This document shows positions 1 through 8,224 of a stretch of DNA of 64,000 nucleotides, piece by piece; within the stretch, counting starts at the first letter, position 1; every line of letters starts with the position of its first letter. The translations under genes and the position numbers were made by a program. A model generated the notes under the pieces. It saw nothing but the letters and a program-made list of their open reading frames with translations, was not told the origin of the DNA and did no database searches. The DNA is from Eubacteriales bacterium (GTDB taxonomy: Bacteria; Bacillota; Clostridia; Christensenellales; CAG-138), in contig JAJFTI010000036.1 of assembly GCA_021373115.1 (NCBI GenBank), positions 12,524-76,523 of the forward strand. The letters run 5' to 3'.

Positions 1-777
1 ATCGAGCAAATCCGCATCCTGCTCGGAATACAGTCCTTGCAGCTTCTTGTCGTGCGCGATTTCTTCGATCAGGCTTTTCTCGTAGACGCCGACCGGCTGA
101 ATTTCTATCTGCGTGAATCCTGCCCGACGGAGCGTATCCTCATACGCCTCCAGCGTAAGCGCGCCGGAGACACAACCCACCCATAGTTCGATGCTCTTTT
201 TCACCGAATCCGGCACCGGCTTGAGCTGAACGATATCCGCTATCGCGAGCCTGCCGCCCTTCTTCAGCACGCGGTATGTTTCGGAGAGGGCGACGAACTT
301 ATCCTCCGTCAGGTTGATCACGCAGTTGGAGGTGACGACGTCCACCGTTTCGTTCTCCAGCGGAATGGATTCGATATACCCTTTGAGAAACGTTACGTTC
401 GTCAGCCCGCTCTTTTTTAAGTTCCGGTTGGCAAGGCGAAGCATGTCGTCCGTCATATCCAGACCATACGCTCTGCCGGTCTCGCCGACGAGCCGCGCGG
501 AAAGCAGCACGTCGATGCCTCCGCCGCTGCCGAGATCCAGTACCGTTTCGCCGGGCTGCAGGTTCGCCAGCGCAACGGGGTTGGAGCAGCCGAGCGACGC
601 GCGGATCGCGTCCTCCGGCAGGTCGGCCAACTCGCTTGCGCGGTATCCGTTCGCTTCCGCCGGTGGCGTCGGGCAGCAACCGCCCGCGCCGCAGCCGCAA
701 CCGCCGCTTCGTTTCCCGGATACGCGCCTGGCGATCCGTCCGTAACGCTTTTTGATTTCCTCCTGAATTCGAGCCAT
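1..777 (-). CDS. arsM: Arsenite S-adenosylmethionine methyltransferase (ArsM), first 259 codons; C-terminus runs off the left edge
   Basis: Absent from the ORF track because there is no stop in the window. My minus-strand translation from ATG 777-775 reads MARIQEEIKKRYGRIARRVSGKRSGGCGCGAGGCCPTPP...ETVLDLGSGGGIDVLLSA (SAM motif I)...SNCVINL...LWVGCVSGAL (Cys positions typical of ArsM). RBS AAAGGAGAGG lies upstream. Confidence 0.8.
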   Translation of the reverse strand, partial: MARIQEEIKKRYGRIARRVSGKRSGGCGCGAGGCCPTPPAEANGYRASELADLPEDAIRASLGCSNPVALANLQPGETVLDLGSGGGIDVLLSARLVGETGRAYGLDMTDDMLRLANRNLKKSGLTNVTFLKGYIESIPLENETVDVVTSNCVINLTEDKFVALSETYRVLKKGGRLAIADIVQLKPVPDSVKKSIELWVGCVSGALTLEAYEDTLRRAGFTQIEIQPVGVYEKSLIEEIAHDKKLQGLYSEQDADLLD

Positions 778-792
778 TTGTTTCCTCTCCTT

Positions 793-1242
793 TTAATCGT
801 ACTGCCCGCAGCAGGTCGTGTGTTCTATTGCGGCGGTGATGAGCAGCACGCTTTCCTCCACCTGGCCACGTTTTTCCGCCGGTATGGCGTTGAGGATCGA
901 CCCATAATACCGGCTGAGTTTCCCGTCCAAATCCTGAAAAATCGCTTCGCCGCGCTCCGTCAGGCGCACTTTGACGTAACGGCGGTTTTCGGCGCCCTGC
1001 TTTCGCTCGGCCAGCCGCGCGTGCACCAGTCGATCGACCGTTCGGCTCATCGTGCTTTTATCAACGCCCAGCTGCTCCGCCAGCTCAATCAGCGAAACGC
1101 TGCCACTGTAGCCCAGTTCGAGCAGCGTCCGGCTCTGCGCCGTCGTCACCCCGCAGCAGGTCGCCTCGCTTTTGTCAAAGAGACCCAGATCGCGCGCGAC
1201 CGTACGAAACAAATCCCGCAGCGCGCCGACTCCACGTTCCAT
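793..1242 (-). CDS. MarR-family transcriptional regulator with two vicinal Cys pairs (ATCCG near the N-terminus, TTCCGQYD at the C-terminus)
   Basis: ORF 793..1257. Start moved to MERG (ATG 1242), which is preceded by GGGAGGTG. Winged-helix core reads SRTLLELGYSGSVSLIELAEQLGVDKSTMSRTVDRLV. The stop lies 15 nt upstream of the arsM ATG. Confidence 0.85.
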   Translation of the reverse strand: MERGVGALRDLFRTVARDLGLFDKSEATCCGVTTAQSRTLLELGYSGSVSLIELAEQLGVDKSTMSRTVDRLVHARLAERKQGAENRRYVKVRLTERGEAIFQDLDGKLSRYYGSILNAIPAEKRGQVEESVLLITAAIEHTTCCGQYD

Positions 1243-1275
1243 GCTTGCACCTCCCAATCTCCTTTAACCACGATG

Positions 1276-1306
1276 ATTGTAACATGCATCCGTTGCAATA
1301 TGCAAC
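1276..1306 (-). promoter_or_regulatory. Candidate promoter (TTGCAT-18-TACAAT, minus strand) overlapped by the perfect palindrome GTTGCAataTGCAAC (1292-1306)
   Basis: Hand-read hexamers at 1300-1305 and 1276-1281. The 15-nt palindrome covers the -35 and spacer, about 35-65 nt upstream of the MarR ATG. Confidence 0.4.
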
Positions 1307-1449
1307 TATAATTTTTGCCGCTCGTTCTTTCCTGCTCCAATCTGGCATTCCTTGTGAAAATCCTCTACAATAGGTATAGACGGAACGAAGTTCTTCGAAA
1401 CAACCTTCCAATTCCGTACTCCAGCAATGATCCGACGGAGGAACTTTTC

Positions 1450-1938
1450 ATGGAGATTCATTTCGAGTACCTTCGGGAATACGAGTCGCTCCTGCAATCA
1501 ACGCCGCTGCAGCGGGACTATCAGGAGTTCCTCAGGTTCTTTAAGTACCTTCGCGCAGATTTGGAGCAGGCGTTTCCGTCCTGCGCGTTCCTTGGCGGCG
1601 CGGTGGAAAATGGCATGGACTACTCCTATTTCCAGTTCACAGACGACGCGCTGCGTACACACGGGCTGAAAATCGTTATTGCATACGTGCACAAAGCCTG
1701 TTCGCTCGAAATCTGGCTCTCCGGGGTCAACCGAAAAACGCAGGCCGATGTGTTTTCCCGCCTGCAAAAAACCGGCACGGACTACGAGCAAACGCCCGAT
1801 CCGAACCGGTTTGACTATATCCTGAAAGCAAAACTTCTGCCCGAAGGGGGATTCTCCGGCGGGGATTCGTTATTCGGTGAAATCCGCGTAAACGTCCGCC
1901 GCTTTCTTGAAGATGTTACTGTTCTTTGCGCCGGGTGA
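1450..1938 (+). CDS. Hypothetical protein (about 162 aa), no family confidently recognised
   Basis: ORF 1315..1938. Start moved to MEIHFEYLREYE (ATG 1450), preceded by GGAGGAAC. Composition looks like a normal globular protein. Confidence 0.55.
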   Translation: MEIHFEYLREYESLLQSTPLQRDYQEFLRFFKYLRADLEQAFPSCAFLGGAVENGMDYSYFQFTDDALRTHGLKIVIAYVHKACSLEIWLSGVNRKTQADVFSRLQKTGTDYEQTPDPNRFDYILKAKLLPEGGFSGGDSLFGEIRVNVRRFLEDVTVLCAG

Positions 1939-1966
1939 GCGGCGTTCCGTCCCGCGCCCCGTTCGC

Positions 1967-2311
1967 TCAATAGAGCCGCGCGGGATCGTACTGTTCCAGC
2001 CGCATCGACAGAAGCGTTTCGAGGTCGTTCATAAACTCGCGGTCGGTCTGGGTTTCCTTTTTCTCCAGCTCCTCTAACACGGTAAAGGTAAACGCGCCGT
2101 TGCCATAGATTTCCGCGTCCCGCTGGAGCTTGGGGTGGAAACAACCGCCGGTCATTTCGGCAAATTCGTAGCGTTTCCGGATTCCGCGCAGATCCGCGCT
2201 GGCGAGCACGAGGGATTTGCCCGTTTTCGTATTGGTTACGGCATAGATGCCGCCGATCTGCTTGCGCTGCTTATAGGCCGCGAGGAGGTCTTTTCTGTTT
2301 TGGGGTTTCAT
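1967..2311 (-). CDS. Small stand-alone GIY-YIG domain protein (114 aa)
   Basis: N-terminal GGIYAVTNTKTGKSLVLASADLRG matches the GIY beta-hairpin, followed by conserved Arg/Glu-containing segments. No other domain is present. Confidence 0.7.
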   Translation of the reverse strand: MKPQNRKDLLAAYKQRKQIGGIYAVTNTKTGKSLVLASADLRGIRKRYEFAEMTGGCFHPKLQRDAEIYGNGAFTFTVLEELEKKETQTDREFMNDLETLLSMRLEQYDPARLY

Positions 2312-2493
2312 GATGGTTGTGCTCCCGTGGGCGGCGTGGGGATTTTTGGGGATGTGCGTACGCCGACGAGAGTATTATACATCATCGGGGTGTGGGGTGG
2401 GGTCTACGGGTGGTAGAGTGGGGCGAAATAACGGATGACGCCAAAAGATCGGGAGCGCTCGTTTTAGTTAGATGATAACAAATGCAACGCAAA

Positions 2494-2535
2494 TAAAAGG
2501 GTTCCTTCGGCTCAATGCCAAAAGAACCCTTTATA
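2494..2535 (-). terminator. Intrinsic terminator downstream of the BMP lipoprotein gene
   Basis: Stem aaagggttc (2496-2504) / gaacccttt (2524-2532). On the minus strand it is followed by TTTATTTG. Confidence 0.5.
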
Positions 2536-2566
2536 TCGTGTATATGAACGAAAACGCTGGATTCGG

Positions 2567-3808
2567 TTACGGTGCTACGGATTGAATTAATTCTTCAATC
2601 TTTTCATCATCCATAGCTTCCAGGCCGTCAAGATTAATCTCTTTCGACTTAATCTTCTCTTCAATATCCGCCAGTTTTGTAATGATTTCTGGATCAATCT
2701 GGTTATAATAACTGTTTTTCACGATGCCAACCGCATCCTCAGCGATACCCAGGTAGTAACCTTTGCCAAACTCCAGCGTATCCGCCGCATATTGATCAAT
2801 TGCCCAATATACAGCCCCGTCATACTTACGAAGTACGGAAGTGATGATATGGGCCGCCTTCTCGGGATAATCCTTTTCCAATTCTTGCGCCTGATCATTA
2901 TCAACGCCAATCACATACCGGTCGGCTGCTTCTGCGCCGTTTATCACGCCATAACCGGTTTTCCCTGCTGCTTGAAAAATAACATCAGCGCCTTCTGAAT
3001 ACTGTTTCGCCGCATGTCGTTCACCCAAACTCCTATTCTCAAAATTCTCCGTATACGAAATCATGATTTTAATATCTTCATTGATGTACTTTGCGCCTTC
3101 AATATAACCAAGCATATATTGGTTTTTGATTGCATTGATACTCATACCACCAATAAACCCAATGAGCGGTTGCTCGTTCGCCAGCTTCATGTCCGATGTC
3201 GTTACCAGTGCAGCACATGCGCCTGCAAGAAATGTCGCTTCGTTCAAATTGTAGTTCATCGTTACGACATTTGGAGGAATGATTTCGCTATATCCCCATA
3301 AAAAGATAAATTTCTTCTCCGGATACAAAGGCGCGTTCATGCTAACCAGATTGGTCATGACTTTCATAGTCTCGTCATTTGTAAAATCATTCAATGTAAT
3401 AATAAAGTCCCAGTCTTCTTCCAATGCGCTTAAAAACTGCGCCTTCCACACTTGTGGGTTTTTGCCCATCTCAACGCATGAAATTGTTGAACCGTATTCT
3501 GCTTCAACTTTCTTTAATCCCAAATATGCAGAATTGTAAATGGGATTCTCTAGAGTCCCGGGTATAAGAAAAACGAATTTTAAATCCTTCACCCGCTGTT
3601 CTTTTGCTAGATGTTCTTGCGCCGCAAGTTCGGCTTCAATTCGTGCCAGCTCGGCAGCCTCTTCTTCCGGGCTCAACGTTGGCTCTGGCGTCGGGGTCGG
3701 TACGGACGTCGGAGTCGGTTCGGACATCAGCCCCGTAACCAGGCTGCTGCAACCAGAGGTAAGCAGAATAAGAACTACGATCACCACAATAAACCGTCTC
3801 GTTTTCAT
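2567..3808 (-). CDS. BMP-family (PnrA/Med-like) ABC-transporter substrate-binding lipoprotein; orphan, with no permease or ATPase adjacent
   Basis: Signal peptide with a lipobox-like LLTSGC, then a Pro/Thr/Glu-rich linker. Body carries typical BMP segments (FIGGMSINAIKNQYMLGYIEGAKY, IFQAAGKTGYGVINGA, VIGVDNDQ). The gene is visibly AT-richer than its surroundings. Confidence 0.85.
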   Translation of the reverse strand: MKTRRFIVVIVVLILLTSGCSSLVTGLMSEPTPTSVPTPTPEPTLSPEEEAAELARIEAELAAQEHLAKEQRVKDLKFVFLIPGTLENPIYNSAYLGLKKVEAEYGSTISCVEMGKNPQVWKAQFLSALEEDWDFIITLNDFTNDETMKVMTNLVSMNAPLYPEKKFIFLWGYSEIIPPNVVTMNYNLNEATFLAGACAALVTTSDMKLANEQPLIGFIGGMSINAIKNQYMLGYIEGAKYINEDIKIMISYTENFENRSLGERHAAKQYSEGADVIFQAAGKTGYGVINGAEAADRYVIGVDNDQAQELEKDYPEKAAHIITSVLRKYDGAVYWAIDQYAADTLEFGKGYYLGIAEDAVGIVKNSYYNQIDPEIITKLADIEEKIKSKEINLDGLEAMDDEKIEELIQSVAP

Positions 3809-4142
3809 GCTCTTTTCCTTTCTTATACCGTTTTACAAAAAAACTACTCAGGATTGAACGGATCCAATATGAATAGTAATATTCCGGCTTGGATTTTTTC
3901 AAATATATCCGGAGCAATCGGCAAAATGATCAAGGCAAAGCAGAACCGAGTGTCTTCATTTATTCAGGTACAAGAATAAAGAAAACACATCCATGAACAT
4001 TATTTCTATGCTTTTTAATGACATGCGTCAATCGTTACAGTCTGTATTAATGACTATACCAGCAATTAACGAATAATACTACCGGTAATTTCTTCAAAAT
4101 TGGTCGTATTGTTTAAACGAATTTGTTTCCTCCCCCTCCCCC

Positions 4143-4172
4143 TTGCACTCCCCCCTTTCCATATCGTATAAT
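4143..4172 (+). promoter_or_regulatory. Candidate putP promoter TTGCAC-18-TATAAT
   Basis: Hand-read hexamers at 4143-4148 and 4167-4172, about 65 nt upstream of ATG 4237. Confidence 0.4.
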
Positions 4173-4236
4173 ACTGGCAACTATTTGCATTTTTATCCAA
4201 ACACGAAAATTTAAAGGGATGGGTGGTATTTTTCGT

Positions 4237-5781
4237 ATGCCTGCTGCAAACATTCAGCATTTGATCGCCATTGTCGCGTACATGGCGGTCGTTATCGTCA
4301 TCGGTATCGTCTTTGCCAAACGCGCGAACAAAAACACCGAGGCGTACTTCCTCGGCGGGCGCACACTCGGCCCCTGGGTCTCCGCCTTCAGCGCGGAAGC
4401 CTCGGATATGTCCGGCTGGCTCCTCATGGGTCTGCCCGGTCTTGCGTACTGGAGCGGTCTGGCCGACGCGGGCTGGACGGCAATCGGCCTTGCGATCGGC
4501 ACCTACCTCAACTGGCTGATCGTCTCCAAGCGCCTGCGCCGCTACAGCGTTGCGACGGACTCCATCACGATTCCGGACTTCTTCTCCCGCCGGTTCCATG
4601 AGAACAAGCGCGTGCTGATGACCATCGCCTCCGTGATGATCATTGTCTTCTTCACGCCCTACGCGGGCAGCTGCCTCATGGCCTGCGGCAAGCTCTTTTC
4701 GCAGCTCTTCGGCGCGGATTACAGCACGATGGTCGTCGTTGCCGCGCTGTTCGTGCTGACGTATACCTTCCTCGGCGGCTTCCTCGCGGAAAGCACGTCC
4801 GACTTTATGCAGGCAATCGTAATGATTCTGGCGCTCGTGCTCGTTGTCGTCCTCGGCGTGGTTGCCGCGGGCGGACTCAACGCGGTTATCTCGAACGCGG
4901 AGAAAATCCCCGGATTTTTAAGTCTGTTCACCTCGGCAGCCCCAACGGGCGAGGCGGCAAACGGCGTTGCCCTCTTCGGGGACGCGAGCAAGTATACCGG
5001 CCTTACGATCGTCTCCACCATGGCCTGGGGCCTCGGTTACTTCGGTATGCCACAGGTTCTGCTCCGCTTCATGGGAATCCGCTCCGAGCATGAACTGACC
5101 CGCTCGCGCCGCGTCGCAACCGTTTGGGTCGTTATCTCGCTCGCCGCCGCCGTGTTCATCGGCATCGTCGGCCGCGTTCTCTATTCGGACGCCTATATGG
5201 TCTATGGCTCCGGCAACACGGAGAACATCTTCATCCTTCTGGCAACCAAGATGCTGCCGCCGCTGCTGGCGGGTCTCGTCTGCGCGGGCATTCTCGCCGC
5301 GGCCATCAGCTCTTCGGACTCCTACCTGCTGATCTCCGCCTCCGCCATCTCGAAGAACGTCTGGCAGGGTCTGATCCGCAAAAACGCTTCGGATAAAGAA
5401 ACCATGTGGGTTTCCCGCATCGTGCTGGTTCTGATTACGTTCTTCGCCATCTTTGTTGCGACCGGAAAGAACCAGATCATCTTCCGCATTGTTGACTTCG
5501 CCTGGGCGGGATTCGGCGCGACCTTCGGCCCGCTGATGCTCTTCTCGCTCTTCTGGAAGCGGACGACCTATGCCGGCGCAATCGCGGGCATGATCGCAGG
5601 CGGCGGCATGGTCTTTGCCTGGAACTTCTTCATCAGCAAACTCGGCGGCGTCTGGGGTATCTACGAGCTGCTGCCCGCGTTCCTCTTCTCCTGCATCGTG
5701 ATTGTCGTGGTTTCGCTGCTGACCAGCAAACCCAGCGAAGCGATTCAAAAGGAGTTCGATTCCATCCGCGTCAAGGCATAA
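4237..5781 (+). CDS. putP: Sodium:proline symporter (SSS family)
   Basis: ORF 4123..5781. Start moved to MPAANIQHLIA (ATG 4237). Signature GGRTLGPWVSAFSAEASDMSGWLLMGLPGLAY, with about 13 hydrophobic spans. Confidence 0.85.
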   Translation: MPAANIQHLIAIVAYMAVVIVIGIVFAKRANKNTEAYFLGGRTLGPWVSAFSAEASDMSGWLLMGLPGLAYWSGLADAGWTAIGLAIGTYLNWLIVSKRLRRYSVATDSITIPDFFSRRFHENKRVLMTIASVMIIVFFTPYAGSCLMACGKLFSQLFGADYSTMVVVAALFVLTYTFLGGFLAESTSDFMQAIVMILALVLVVVLGVVAAGGLNAVISNAEKIPGFLSLFTSAAPTGEAANGVALFGDASKYTGLTIVSTMAWGLGYFGMPQVLLRFMGIRSEHELTRSRRVATVWVVISLAAAVFIGIVGRVLYSDAYMVYGSGNTENIFILLATKMLPPLLAGLVCAGILAAAISSSDSYLLISASAISKNVWQGLIRKNASDKETMWVSRIVLVLITFFAIFVATGKNQIIFRIVDFAWAGFGATFGPLMLFSLFWKRTTYAGAIAGMIAGGGMVFAWNFFISKLGGVWGIYELLPAFLFSCIVIVVVSLLTSKPSEAIQKEFDSIRVKA

Positions 5782-5798
5782 TCAACGCATTTTCTTCC

Positions 5799-5836
5799 GC
5801 AGAACGTCGCTTACCCAGGCGGCGTTCTGTTTTTCT
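5799..5836 (+). terminator. Intrinsic terminator after putP
   Basis: Stem cagaacgtcgc / gcggcgttctg (one G-U pair) followed by TTTTT. Confidence 0.55.
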
Positions 5837-5867
5837 ATCTACCCTTTGTAGGATTGCTTAAAACCGC

Positions 5868-5896
5868 TTGCAATGGATTTTTATTGCATGTACAAT
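5868..5896 (+). promoter_or_regulatory. Candidate promoter TTGCAA-17-TACAAT for the MarR/ABC operon
   Basis: Hand-read hexamers at 5868-5873 and 5891-5896. Confidence 0.4.
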
Positions 5897-5948
5897 AGCG
5901 CAAGATAGTAATTTGCTTGGTACAGAGCGATTTTGGAGGACATGTTGC

Positions 5949-6416
5949 ATGGAGAACCGGCAGAATCATATACTTGCCATTCGACTGAAGGCATGCGGCC
6001 GGTTCCTGTTTTATCAGGTTGGGGGCAAAGCGGGTCAACAGCGAATCCTCATGACGCTGCTTGCGCTCGATCGCATGACGCAAAAGGAATTGCAGGATCG
6101 TTTGGAAGTCAGTTCCGGCGCTATGAGCGAAATCCTCCAGAAAATGGAGGATGCGAACCTGATTGCCCGCAGCAAGAGCGCGGACGACAAACGCCAGGTG
6201 GATCTGTCGTTGAGCGAATACGGAAAAACCGTTGCGCTACAGGTGAGAACACAGTATCACCAGTCGCTCGATCGCGTCTTCGAGTGCCTCAGCGCAGAAA
6301 AAAAGGATCAGTTGGAAAGCATTCTCGGCGAACTGGTCTTTCATCTCGACGAGCTGAAGACGGACCCGTTGTTTGCCCCGGCCATGGAGGCCATGTGCTG
6401 CGGTGCGCAGCGCTGA
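5949..6416 (+). CDS. MarR-family transcriptional regulator with a C-terminal vicinal Cys pair (MEAMCCGAQR)
   Basis: ORF 5868..6416. Start moved to MENRQNH (ATG 5949). Winged helix reads MTQKELQDRLEVSSGAMSEILQKMEDANLIARS. Confidence 0.8.
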   Translation: MENRQNHILAIRLKACGRFLFYQVGGKAGQQRILMTLLALDRMTQKELQDRLEVSSGAMSEILQKMEDANLIARSKSADDKRQVDLSLSEYGKTVALQVRTQYHQSLDRVFECLSAEKKDQLESILGELVFHLDELKTDPLFAPAMEAMCCGAQR

Positions 6417-6484
6417 CGAAGCCAGCGCACGTTCTATTTCGGCGGAGGAATTCCAGCGCCGTTGTTTGAGGAGTAGGAACCCAC

Positions 6485-8224
6485 ATGTGGAAATACCTGT
6501 TAAAAAGTATCCGCGAATACAAAAAACCCTCGATCCTCGCCCCCGTCTATGTGACGATCGAGGTGATGATTGAATGCGCCATCCCGTTTATTACGGCGCT
6601 GCTGGTCAACCAGATCAAGGCCGGGTGCGGGCTTTCCGTCATAATAAAGTACGGCCTTGCGCTGCTCGTTCTGGCGGGCCTTTCGCTCAACTTCGGGCGG
6701 CTTTCCGGCACATCCGCGGCGCTGGCGGCAAGCGGCTTTTCGCGCAACCTGCGCAAGGATATGTTCTACGGCATTCAATCCTTTTCGTTTGAAAATATCG
6801 ACCGGTTTTCCAGCTCATCGCTCGTTACCCGGCTGACCACGGACGTAAGCAACGTTCAGATGGCGTATATGATGATCATCCGCGTTGCAATCCGCAGCCC
6901 GCTCATGCTCATTTTTGCGGTCATCATGTCGTTCATCATGGGCGGAAAGCTCGCGCTGGTCTTCGTCGTGGTGATTCCGATGCTGGGAATCGGGCTGTAC
7001 GTCGTGATTCGAAAGGCGTTTCCGATCTTCCGGCGCGTATTCCGGCAGTACGATGCGCTCAACCGCTCAATTCAGGAAAACGTTCAGGGTATCCGCGTGG
7101 TGAAGTCCTTCGTTCGCGAGGATTATGAGAAGCAGAAGTTTGGGTCCGCCGCGGAAAACCTGCGCGGGGAATTCACCAGGGCGGAAAAAATCCTCGCGTT
7201 CAATGGGCCCATGATGCAGTTTTGCCTGTACATCAACATGGTGTTCATCCTCACGTTTGGCGCGTATACCATCGCGACAACGCAGGGGCTCAACTTCAAC
7301 GTCGGTCAGCTCTCCTCGCTGATGGTCTACAGTTTCCAAACGCTCATGAGTCTGATGATGCTCTCCATGGTGTTTGTCATGATCACCATCGCGGAGGAAT
7401 CCGGGCGGCGCATCGTCGAGGTGCTCTCCGAATCCAGCACGCTGAAAAACCCCGACCATCCGGTTTACGAAGTGCAAAACGGCTCCATTGTGTTTGAAAA
7501 CGTACGGTTCCGTTACTCGGAAAAGGCCAGCCGGATGGCTCTGGAGCGCATCAATTTAATGATCCGTTCCGGCGAGACCATCGGTATCCTTGGCGGGACG
7601 GGTTCTTCCAAGACGTCGCTCGTGCAGCTGATCCCCCGCCTTTACGACGCGACGGAGGGCGTTGTCCGCGTCGGCGGGCTGGATGTGAAAGCATACGACA
7701 TTGAAGCCCTGCGCAACCAGGTATCCATGGTGCTGCAAAATAATCTGCTCTTTTCGGGCACCATTGCCGAAAACCTCCGCTGGGGAAATCCCGAAGCGAC
7801 GGACGAGGAGCTCCGCGCGGCCTGCCGCCTTGCGCAGGCGGACGACTTCGTATCCCAATTTCCCGAAGGGTACGCAACGCACATCGAACAGGGCGGAACG
7901 AACGTTTCCGGCGGGCAGAAGCAGCGTCTCTGTATTGCGCGCGCCTTGCTCAAACGTCCGAAAATCCTGATTCTCGACGATTCCACAAGCGCCGTGGACA
8001 CGCATACCGACGCGAAGATCCGCGCGGCGCTGCGCGAGTATCTTCCAGAAACCACGAAGATCATCATTGCGCAGCGCGTCGCCTCCGTTTTGGATGCAGA
8101 CCGTATCGTGCTGATGGATAAGGGTGAAATCGTCGCGATCGGCACGCATGCGGAGTTGCTCCAAACGAACGAAATCTACCGCGAGGTGTACGAATCCCAA
8201 AACAAGGCGGGTGAGACGAAATGA
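6485..8224 (+). CDS. ABC exporter, fused permease/ATPase half-transporter (subunit 1 of a heterodimer)
   Basis: Six N-terminal TM spans. Walker A GGTGSSKTS, signature VSGGQKQRLCIARA, Walker B ILILDDSTSAVD. Confidence 0.9.
   Translation: MWKYLLKSIREYKKPSILAPVYVTIEVMIECAIPFITALLVNQIKAGCGLSVIIKYGLALLVLAGLSLNFGRLSGTSAALAASGFSRNLRKDMFYGIQSFSFENIDRFSSSSLVTRLTTDVSNVQMAYMMIIRVAIRSPLMLIFAVIMSFIMGGKLALVFVVVIPMLGIGLYVVIRKAFPIFRRVFRQYDALNRSIQENVQGIRVVKSFVREDYEKQKFGSAAENLRGEFTRAEKILAFNGPMMQFCLYINMVFILTFGAYTIATTQGLNFNVGQLSSLMVYSFQTLMSLMMLSMVFVMITIAEESGRRIVEVLSESSTLKNPDHPVYEVQNGSIVFENVRFRYSEKASRMALERINLMIRSGETIGILGGTGSSKTSLVQLIPRLYDATEGVVRVGGLDVKAYDIEALRNQVSMVLQNNLLFSGTIAENLRWGNPEATDEELRAACRLAQADDFVSQFPEGYATHIEQGGTNVSGGQKQRLCIARALLKRPKILILDDSTSAVDTHTDAKIRAALREYLPETTKIIIAQRVASVLDADRIVLMDKGEIVAIGTHAELLQTNEIYREVYESQNKAGETK

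Noticed and set aside
299-745. Track ORFs 299..700 (-) and 314..745 (+)
   Set aside because: Both lie inside the arsM coding region in the wrong frame or on the wrong strand. The real arsM frame was missed by the track only because it lacks a stop within the window.
2420-4125. Mobile genetic element (IS, transposon or prophage remnant) explaining the AT-rich island
   Set aside because: I could find no transposase, integrase or recombinase ORF, no terminal inverted repeats of IS type, no target-site duplication and no tRNA attachment site. Only compositional evidence exists, so it is reported as a finding and not as a mobile_element feature.
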